A stretch of DNA of 64,000 bases, from the NCBI GenBank assembly GCA_950097015.1, contig CATNEN010000038.1, forward strand, positions 22,134,001 to 22,198,000. The letters run 5' to 3'. Positions 54,509 through 64,000 of this stretch are shown here, piece by piece; position 1 is the first letter of the stretch; every line of letters begins with the position of its first letter. Source of the DNA: Macrostomum hystrix. Its lineage: Eukaryota; Animalia; Platyhelminthes. The notes beneath the pieces were generated by a model. That model was not told the DNA's origin. It saw only the letters and a program-made list of their open reading frames with translations, and searched no databases. The position numbers and the translations under genes were made by a program.

Positions 54509-57500
54509 CTAAAGATCGCCAAACATGTCTTCTTCTTCCTCGGCTTCAGCTTCGGGTTTGGCACCGGCGGACGCGCCGGAATCGGCGCTGGCCGAGGCTA
54601 GCAAAGCGGCGCACTGTTCGGCGCTCAGGTCGCTGTCGGCCGTATCATCGGTGGACAGGAAGCCCATGGTGCGGCGGCCCTGCGTTTGCAGCGGATTGTA
54701 AGAGAATCAGGGGTGCGGATTAAAAAGGAGGATAATAGAGGAGCGGATTAAAAGGGAGCTAAGAATAGGGGAGCGATAAGGAAGATGATAAGGAAGATGT
54801 GGGCAGGGGAGCGGATTATAAGGAAGAGAAGGGCATGGGAGCGGATCATCAGGAAGAGGTGGGCAGGGGAGCGGATTATAAGGAAGAGGAGGGCAGGGGA
54901 GCGGATTATCAGGAAGAGAAGGGCATGGGAGTGGATCATCAGGAAGAGGTGGGCAGGGGAGCGGATTATAAGGAAGAGGAGGGCAGGGGAGCGGATCATT
55001 AGGAAGAAGAGGAGGGCAGGGGAGCGGATTATCAGGAAGAGGAGGGCAGGGGAGCGGATTATCAGGAAGAGAAGGGCATGGGAGCGGATCATCAGGAAGA
55101 GGTGGGCAGGGGAGCGGATTATAAGGAAGAGGAGGGCAGGGGAGCGGATTATAAGGAAGAGAAGGGCATGGGAGCGGATCATTAGGAAGAGGTGGGCAGG
55201 GGAGCGGATTATAAGGAAGAGGAGGGCAGGGGAGCGGATCATTAGGAAGAAGAGGAGGGCAGGGGAGCGGATTATCAGGAAGAGGAGGGCAGGGGAGCGG
55301 ATTATCAGGAAGAGGAGGACAGGGGACCGGATCATCAGGTAGAGGTGGGTAGGGGAGCGGATTAAAAGGAAGAGGAGGGCAGGGGAGCGGATCATCAGGA
55401 AGAAGAGGAGGGCAGGGGAGCGGATTATCAGGAAGAGGAGGGCAGCGGAGCGGATTATCGGGAAGAGGATGGCAGGGGAGCGGATTATCAGGAAGAGAAG
55501 GGCATGGGAGCGGATCATTAGGAAGAGGTGGGCAGGGGAGCGGATTATAAGGAAGAGGAGGGCAGGGGAGCGGATCATTAGGAAGAAGAGGAGGGCAGGG
55601 AAGCGGATTATCAGGAAGAGGAGGGCAGGGGAGCGGATTATCAGGAAGAGGATGGCAGGGGAGCGGATTATCAGGAAGAGGAGGGCAGGGGAGCGGATTA
55701 TAAGGAAGAGAAGGGCATGGGAGCGGATCATCAGGAAGAGGTGGGCAGGGGAGCGGATTATAAGGAAGAGGAGGGCAGGGGAGCGGATTATCAGGAAGAG
55801 GAGGGCAGGGGAGCGGATTATCAGGAAGAGGAGGGCAGGGGAGTGGATTATCAGGAAGAGAAGGGCATGGGAGCGGATCATCAGGAAGAGGAGGGCAGGG
55901 GAGCGGATTATCAGGAAGAGAAGGGCATGGGAGCGGATCATCAGGAAGAGGTGGGCAGGGGAGCGGATTATCAGGAAGAGGAGGCCAGGGGAGCGGATTA
56001 TCAGGAAGAGGAGGGCAGGGGAGCGGATTATCAGGAAGAGGAGGGCAGGGGAGCGGATTATCAGGAAGAGGTGGGCAGGTGAGCGGATAAGAGCAGTTTA
56101 CCTGGTCAGTAGCCAGATGCTGTGCTAGAAAAGCCGGCCTGTCACGCCTGAGTGCTGGCAGCCAGTCTCTCAGGAATCGATTGTAGTCCGCCCCGCGTCC
56201 CGGCGTAGCTAGCGAGGCGGCCCGCAATGAGCGCAGACAGGCGCCAGCCTTGGGAAAGTAGGCGTCGCCGAAGGAATCGCCAACTAGTTGCACTATTCTG
56301 CGCTGCATGCCGGCGAACGCGGAGTCAGTTTGGCCCTGGCAGGTGCGGAACAAACACAGGTGAGCATTGTGAAATTAAAGATAACAACACTGAAGACTAA
56401 AGAGACTAAAATTCTCATTATTTTAATTTGAAACTTCTTACCTAATCATTAGATAACCAAACACCATGCAATTTAGTCACTTAAAAACTACCTCACTGAA
56501 AAATCTCAACCCTACTTATTTCTGAAATCTCACCCTTCTCATTTCTAAAATCTCACCACACTCATTTCTAAAATCTCACCCTACTCATTCCTAAAATCTC
56601 ACCCCTACTCTGAAATCTCACCCTACTCATTTCTGAAATCTCACCTCTATTCATTCCTAACATCTCAACCCTACTCTCAAATCTCACCCTACTCATTTCT
56701 GAAATCTCACCCCAACTCAAATCTAAAATCTCACCATGACTCATTTCGGAAATCTCACCCCAACTCATTTCTAAAATCTCACCCTAACACATTTCTAAAA
56801 TCTCACCCTAACTCATATCTAAAATCTCACCCGACTCATTTCGGAAATCTCACCCCGACTCATTCCTAAAATCCCACCCTACTCATTCCTAAAATCTCAC
56901 CCTACTCATTCCTAAAATCTCACCCTACTCATTCCTAAAATCTCACCCTACTCATTTCTAAAATCCCACCCTACTCATTCCTAAAATCTCACCCTACTTA
57001 TTTCTAAAATCTCACCCTACTCATTCCTAAAATCTCACCCTACTCATTCCTAAAATCTCACCCTACTCATTCCTAAAATCTCACCCTACTCATTTCTAAC
57101 ATCTCACCCTACTTTCTAAAATCTCACCCTACTCATTCCTAGAATCTCACCTTACTCATTCCTAACATCTCACCCTACTTTCTAAAATCTCACCCCTACT
57201 CATACTCACCTGAGCAATGAGAGTGTCGAAATCTTCCAACGGTGTTACGGCGCCAACTTCTGTTACGCGCGGACGCAGCAAAGCGGCGGCGATGTCGTCC
57301 GCGGAGGCGTCCCGACCTTCGTCAGAATCCAGTTTGGCCTTCTTACTAGCCGAAGGATTCTCGACAGTGTCGGCCTCGCCAGCTAGAGGATCTTTGCCGA
57401 ACACGTCGGCGCCAGTTTTGCCCTCCTGACGCTTGCTGACCTCCCTTGGCTTCAGAGGGAAGGCCTGCCGCAGCTGGTTGAGCTGCTCTTCGGCAGCCGC

Positions 57501-60500
57501 CTGACGGGACGCCGAGCGCAGCTCCGGCGGAGCTTCCAGAGTGGCCATCACGCTGGGCAAAGGCTGCGGCAGCGGATTGTCCGGATGCAGGGCCCGATCA
57601 GTGACGCAGGTGTACCAGTGCTAAAGTAACAGTCGATGACGATTAAGCAAAAATTGATTGAGCAGATTGAAAGATCAACTCGGGGACGCCACACCCACCC
57701 TCAATTACCCCAGCAAATGCTGGTACTCATTGAACCGCATGGTAAAGTGAAAAAAATTCGAGTTATTTAGATTCGGGAATCGAACCTTGAACCTTCAAAT
57801 TATGAAGGGAACAGCAGAGAATGGTCCTGAAGAGAACAGAATGACCCTGAAGAGAACAGACTGGCCCTGAAGAGAACAGACTGACCCTGAATAGAACAGA
57901 ATGACCATGAAGGGAACAGAATGACCCTGAAGAGAACAGACTGGCCCTGAAGAGAACAGACTGACCCTGAATAGAACAGAATGACCATGAAGGGAACAGA
58001 ATGACCCTGAAAAGAAAAGTAGAGAATGGCCCTGAATGGAACAGAATGGCCCTTAGGAGAACAAAATGGTCCTAAGGAGAACAGTTGAGAATGGCCCTGA
58101 AAAGAAAAGTATTTCCATGAAGGGAACAGAACGGCCCCTGAAGAGAACAGAATGGCCCTAGGGAATAGAAGGGCCCTGAAGGGAACAGAAGGGCCCTGAA
58201 GGGAACAGAATGGCCCTGAAGGAAACAAAACGGTTCCTGAAGAGAACAGAATTGCCATGAAGGGAACAAACGGTTCCTGAAGAGAACAGAATTGCCCTGA
58301 AGGGAACTGAGAGGCCGTTTTATACTACTTAAACTTTAAGACATTAATAGTAAAATAAATTTGCTGAAAAGTGAATAAATTTCGTGCTCAAACTAACCTG
58401 AATATACGGATTGAGTCGTTTTGACATCTTCAAAGTCGCGTCATCGCCAGCGTCAAGTGCGTCGACAAAAGCGGCGGCAGCGTCCAGTTGACTCTGCGAC
58501 GGTTGAAATCTAGCCAGGCTGGGCAGTTCTTGAACAGCCTCGTCGGTCAACGGCAGAGGGTTCAGTGTAAAAGTTCGCACATCCTCTTGAAAAGCTAATT
58601 CCACATATTCGAAGCCAACAAAGCGCTTCCGTTTCAGCTTTGGTATGAGGGCGCCAATCCTAGGCGAGCTAGCTCGACTATAGACCCGACGAACAATGAT
58701 CACGCCTCGGCTGATACGCAGAGCGTCGCCCAGAGCGGCAAGAGCTCTGTGAACTTCCGGTGGCGCGGCCGGGTCGGCTACGAACACCGTGACACCGTCG
58801 CCAAGCATGTGCTGCCTGTTGATATTATCGCGATGAGTGAAACAGACCACTGTTAGACTCTTATCCTCCTGCTGTTTCATGGCCTCTCTATCGGCGTCGC
58901 TGAATGGCACCAGCGTGGAGCCGTAGCGATAGCCTCGGACAATGTCCTCTTCGTCTATTTCTGTCTCTTGTTCATCGTTCAGCGTAGTGGCTCGAGCTGT
59001 GCTCACCTACACAGGTGAAAGGATTTTGAGCTATGGCTGAGTCAATGTTTACTTTAAATATCTTGAAAATTTGCTATAAAAAATTTATGTATCTTGAAAG
59101 CATGTCAGTTCAGCTAGAGGATCTTGATAAGATGGGAGTTCAGTTTCAGGATCTGGGAAATGTAACAGACAGGTTTGAGGATTGTGGAAGATGAGAGTCA
59201 AGCTTGAGGATCTGGGAAATGTACTACATAAGTTTGAGGATCTGGGAAATGTACTAGATAAGTTTAAGGATCTGGGAAATGTACTACATAAGTTTGAGGA
59301 TCTGGGAAATGTACTACATAAGTTTGAGGATCTGGGAAATGTACTAGATAAGTTTAAGGATCTGGGAAATGTACTACATAAGTTTGAGGATCTGGGAAAT
59401 GTACTACGTAAGTTTGAGGATCTGGGAAATGTACTACATAAGTTTGAGGATCTGGGAAATGTACTAGATAATTTTAAGGATCTGGGAAATGTACTAGATA
59501 AGTTTAAGGATCTGGGAAATGTACTACATAAGTTTGAGGATCTGGGAAATGTACTACATAAGTTTGAGGATCTGGGAAATGTACTACATAAGTTTGAGGA
59601 TCTGGGAAATGTACTACATAAGTTTGAGGATCTGGGAAATGTACTACATAAGTTTGAGGATCTGGGAAATGTACTAGATAAGTTTAAGGATCTGGGAAAT
59701 GTACTAGATAAGTTTAAGGATCTGGGAAATGTACTAGATAAGTTTAAGGATCTGGGAAATGTACTACATAAGTTTGAGTATCTGGCAAATGTACTAGATA
59801 AGTTTGAGGATCTGGGAAATTTACTAGATAAGTTTAAGGATCTGGGAAATGTACTAGATAAGTTTGAGGATCTGGGAAATTTACTAGATAAGTTTGAGGA
59901 TCTGGGAAATGTACTAGATAAGTTTAAGGATCGGGGAAATTTACTACATAAGTTTAAGGATCTGGGAAATGTACTAGATAAGTTTGAGGATCTGGGAAAT
60001 TTACTACATAAGTTTAAGGATCTGGGAAATGTACTAGATAGGTTTGAGGATCTGGGAAATTTACTACATAAGTTTAAGGATCTGGGAAATGTACTACATA
60101 AGTTTGAGTATCTGACAAATGTACTAGATAAGTTTGGGGATCTGGGAAATGTACTAGATAAGTTTAAGGATCTGGGAAATGTACTACATAAGTTTGAGGA
60201 TCTGGGAAATGTACTAGATAAGTTTGAGTATCTGGGAAATGTACTAGATAAGTTTGAGTATCTGGCAAATGTACTACATAAGTTTGAGTATCTGGGAAAT
60301 GTACTAGATAAGTTTGAGGATCTGGGAAATGTACTAGATAAGTTTGAGTATCTGGGAAATGTACTACATAAGTTTGAGTATCTGGCAAATGTACTAGATA
60401 AGTTTAAGGATCTGGGAAATGTACTAGATAAGTTTGAGGATCTGGGAAATTTACTAGATAAGTTTGAGGATCTGGGAAATGTACTAGATAAGTTTAAGGA

Positions 60501-62396
60501 TCTGGGAAATGTACTACATAAGTTTGAGTATCTGACAAATGTACTAGATAAGTTTAAGGATCTGGGAAATTTACTACATAAGTTTAAGGATCTGGGAAAT
60601 GTACTACATAAGTTTAAGGATCTGGGAAATGTACTACATAAGTTTGAGGATCTGGGAAATGTACTAGATAAGTTTGAGGATCTGGGAAATTTACTACATA
60701 AGTTTAAGGATCTGGGAAATTTACTAGATAAGTTTGAGGATCTGGGAAATTTACTACATAAGTTTAAGGATCTGGGAAATGTACTAGATAGGTTTGAGGA
60801 TCTGGGAAATTTACTACATAAGTTTAAGGATCTGGGAAATGTACTAGATAAGTTTGAGTATCTGGCAAATGTACTAGATAAGTTTGAGTATCTGGGAAAT
60901 GTACTACATAAGTTTGAGTATCTGAAAAATGTACTACATAAGTTTAAGGATCTGGGAAATGTACTACATAAGTTTGAGTATCTGACAAATGTACTAGATA
61001 AGTTTGGGGATCTGGGAAATGTACTAGATAAGTTTAAGGATCTGGGAAATGTACTACATAAGTTTGAGGATCTGGGAAATGTACTAGATAAGTTTGAGTA
61101 TCTGGGAAATGTACTAGATAAGTTTGAGTATCTGGCAAATGTACTACATAAGTTTGAGTATCTGGGAAATGTACTAGATAAGTTTGAGTATCTGGCAAAT
61201 GTACTACATAAGTTTGAGGATCTTGGAAAGATGGGAGTTCAGTTTGAGGATTTGGGAAACGCACTAGATCAGTTGAAGGATCAGAGAAATGTTAAAAATT
61301 ATATTGAGGATCCGAGAAGAAATGCTAACATTGCAGAGCCGCATCACCAACCTGGGCAGCAGCATCGCCAGCGTACACAGTAGTCATGCTAGGTGGCTTG
61401 GCCGGCTTGACTTTAGTATAGCCGCAGACCGGCAGTGACATTTCGCCCAACTCCAGGTTGACCTTCCAGCCGCGCTGTTGAACAGATCGCAGCTGAAAAT
61501 AGCTCAAAGCTGGTATGGCATCCTCGAAGCCGTAGGACTCGCCTTCAACAGCTTCTAGTAGAGGCTGCAATGCGGCTTCGTTATCTAATTGTTGCTGACT
61601 CTTTGGCTTACTGTGCCGATCAGTGTCTTGAGCGGAAGCAGCCGCAGCGGACGGACGTCGTCGAGAACGACTGTCTCTATCATTGTCGTCATCGCCATTC
61701 TCAGAATTATCTTCATCCGAATCGGCGCCAGAAATATTGGCACCAATCAGCAGTACTTGAACGTCGGCCTTTTTAAGATTTCTAATAATGCGATCCATTT
61801 GGTCGGCGTTGATTTCGCCGGCCAGGTTAGAGACTAGAACAGCTCGTTTAGTGGTCTTGCCTCGTCTGCCCCTGTGTTATTCATAATAAAATATAATAAA
61901 CTTAAAAGCTATTTCTTACCAGTATCAATTAAAATTTGCAATATCCAAAAAAGCACTTACTGGGTCTTCTTAACAAGATGATCAACGCCAACGATTAGAC
62001 CGTCAATCACTGGAAATAATTAGATTTTATTGAGACACGTAAGGACTGTCAGGATGACAGACAAAGATAAGTACAATGGAGACAGACAAGGACAGGTACA
62101 CTTGCTGGACACAGACAGACAGACAGAAAACCAGGCTGGCAGGCAGACAGACAGACAGACAGATAGATAGACAGACAGGCAGGCAGGCAGACAGACAGAC
62201 AGACAGACAGATAGACAGACAGGCAGACAGACAGACAGACAGACAGACAGATAGACAGACAGACAGACAGGCAGATAGACAGACAGGCAGACAGGCAGAC
62301 AGACAGACAGACAGATAGACAGACAGGCAGACAGACAGACGGACAGATAGACAGACAGACAGACAGACAGGCAGACAGACAGACAGCCAGACAGGC

Positions 62397-62429
<33 letters not shown>

Positions 62430-62448
62430 GGCAGGCAGACAGACAGGC

Positions 62449-62487
<39 letters not shown>

Positions 62488-63950
62488 ACCAGGAGCGCTC
62501 ACAGTCAGCCCCAATGCCGCGGAAGTTGGTGCCGTCCTCATTGAAGAACTGCACTAGATCCCAGTCCACAACGCTAAGCGAACGGCAAAGGCTGATGTTT
62601 TCAAAATTGCCATCGTCGTCTGCTAGAGGATTGTCAGTGGCTTCCGTGCCTACCAGGACTAGGGCCACTTCGTCTTTGGATTGTTGAAATAGCTGAGGAT
62701 TTTGGCGAAAATTGGCAAATATTGTCGATGTCAATTTAAATTAAAATCCATTAGAGGAAGACAATTATGAATAAGAATGCTTGAGAATTACTTGAATACT
62801 TGAATACACGGAGGCCGACATTAATGGGGAGAATTCTGGAAAGGAAAACTAGGATGAAATAGAATCAGGATGGCGAAGAACAAGGATGAAGAAAAATCAG
62901 GATGGGAAGAATCAGGATGGGAAGAATTAAGATGGGAAGAATCAGGATGGAAAAGAATTAGGATGGGAAGAATCAGGATGGGAAGAATCAGGATGGGAAG
63001 AATCAGGTTGGAAAAGAATTAGGATGGGAAGAATCAGGATGGGAAGAATCACGATGGCAAGAATCAGGATGGGAAGAATCAGGTTGGAAAAGAATTAGGA
63101 TGGGAAGAATCACGATGGCAAGAATCAGGATGGCAAGAATCAGGATGGGAAGAATCAGGATGGGAAGAATCAGGATGGGAAGAATCAGGATGGGAAGAAT
63201 CAGGATGGGAAGAATCAGGATGGGAAGAATCACGATGGGAAGAATCAGGATGGCAAGAATCAGGATGGGAAGAATCACGATGGGAAGAATCAGGTTGGAA
63301 AAGAATCAGGAGGGGAAGAATCACGATGGGAAGAATCAGGATGGGAAGAACCAGGATGGGAAGAATGAGGTTGGAAAAGAATTAGGATGGGAAGAATCAC
63401 GATGGCAAGAATCAGGATGGGAAGAATCAGGATGGGAAGAATCAGGATGGGAAGAATCAGGATGGGAAGAATCACGATGGGAAGAATCAGGATGGGAAGA
63501 ATCAGGATGGAAAAGAATTAGGATGGGAAGAATCAGGATGGGAAGAATCACGATGGGAAGAATCAGGTTGGAAAAGAATCAGGAGGGGAAGAATCAGGAT
63601 GGGAAGAATCAGGATGGGAAGAACCAGGATGGGAAGAATCAGGTTGGAAAAAAATCAGGATGGGAAGAATCAGGTTGGAAAAGAATTAGGATGGGAAGAA
63701 TCAGGTTGGAAAAGAATCAGGATGGGAAGAATCAGGATGGGGATTGGGAAGAATCGGGATGTGCAAAATCAGGATTTGAAGAACCAGGATGTGGAGGAAT
63801 CTATACTATCAGAATTTCGGCCCTCCCCATTACCTTTCTCTGCATCAGCATCTTCAAGCAAGTCAGAGACTGTTCAATCGGCTTCTCATAGCCAGGTGGT
63901 CCGCGCGGCATATGCGGCCCAATGTCCAGAATAATCGCTATGCTTTCAGC
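54509..63950 (-). CDS. XRCC5: Ku80, X-ray repair cross-complementing protein 5 (start codon not in the window)
   Basis: Exons 63834-63950 ([14 protein letters not shown]...MLMQRK), 62503-62692 ([19 protein letters not shown]), 61961-62009 ([12 protein letters not shown]), 61352-61871, 58398-59006 ([15 protein letters not shown]...[11 protein letters not shown]...NPYIQ), 57210-57620 (RALHP...[10 protein letters not shown]), 56102-56335 and 54509-54679 (acidic C-terminus [10 protein letters not shown]). Phases are consistent. Confidence 0.94.
54765..56092 (+). repeat. 30-bp minisatellite (GAGGGCAGGGGAGCGGATTATCAGGAAGAG) in the last Ku80 intron
   Basis: About 44 units. Confidence 0.96.
56500..57205 (+). 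repeat. 23-bp minisatellite (AAATCTCACCCTACTCATTCCTA) in a Ku80 intron
   Basis: About 30 units running right up to the donor at 57209. Confidence 0.93.
57681..57798 (-). mobile_element. Degraded SINE copy in a Ku80 intron
   Basis: ggggacgccacacccaccctcaatta..cagc..atgctggtac and gggaatcgaacc match 18927-19070. Confidence 0.65.
57804..58312 (+). repeat. 20-bp minisatellite (CCCTGAAGAGAACAGAATGA) in a Ku80 intron
   Basis: About 25 units. Confidence 0.9.
59145..61262 (+). repeat. 30-bp minisatellite (GAGGATCTGGGAAATGTACTACATAAGTTT) in a Ku80 intron
   Basis: About 68 units; source of the spurious 733-aa ORF. Confidence 0.97.
62110..62488 (+). repeat. (CAGA)n microsatellite in a Ku80 intron
   Basis: Visible repeat. 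Confidence 0.96.
62860..63790 (+). repeat. 15-bp minisatellite (AATCAGGATGGGAAG) in a Ku80 intron
   Basis: About 58 units. Confidence 0.96.
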
Positions 63951-64000
63951 CTGAAACAGGAGCACAATTTAGGATTCATATAAGGAAGATATGAAAACTT

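Noticed and set aside
59182-61383. 733-aa ORF resembling an LRR or coiled-coil repeat protein
   Set aside because: Stop-free 30-bp satellite antisense within a Ku80 intron, with no ATG start.

Overview
Eukaryotic (animal) genomic DNA rich in spliceosomal introns and tandem repeats. The gene set, GC-rich exons in AT-rich, minisatellite-filled introns, and an unpaired splice acceptor at a gene start suggest a free-living flatworm such as Macrostomum; this is inference and was not tested. By manual exon joining at GT..AG sites I reconstructed six minus-strand genes: APPL (BAR-domain exons, running off the left end), a CREC-family calumenin/reticulocalbin-like gene, a Pitx homeobox gene, TMX3, DEF8 and Ku80/XRCC5 (5' end at or beyond the right edge). 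One plus-strand, single-exon neuropeptide precursor yields FxPLRamide peptides. Mobile DNA comprises a 5'-truncated Penelope-like element (GIY-YIG endonuclease plus a minimal hammerhead ribozyme), five pieces of a tRNA-derived SINE, and a 171-bp hAT-like MITE with an 8-bp TSD. Roughly 40% of the window is tandem repeat. Nearly every long intron holds its own minisatellite, several built from splice-site-like units. Most long ORFs in the supplied track are artefacts of these repeats. Main leads: DEF8 may take its start codon from a trans-spliced leader within a Ku80-DEF8-TMX3 operon-like cluster; an inverted satellite pair brackets DEF8 exons; introns carry arrays of decoy splice sites; and there is a natalisin/tachykinin-like peptide precursor and a Pitx lacking the OAR domain. 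All family assignments come from recalled sequence similarity, not database searches.
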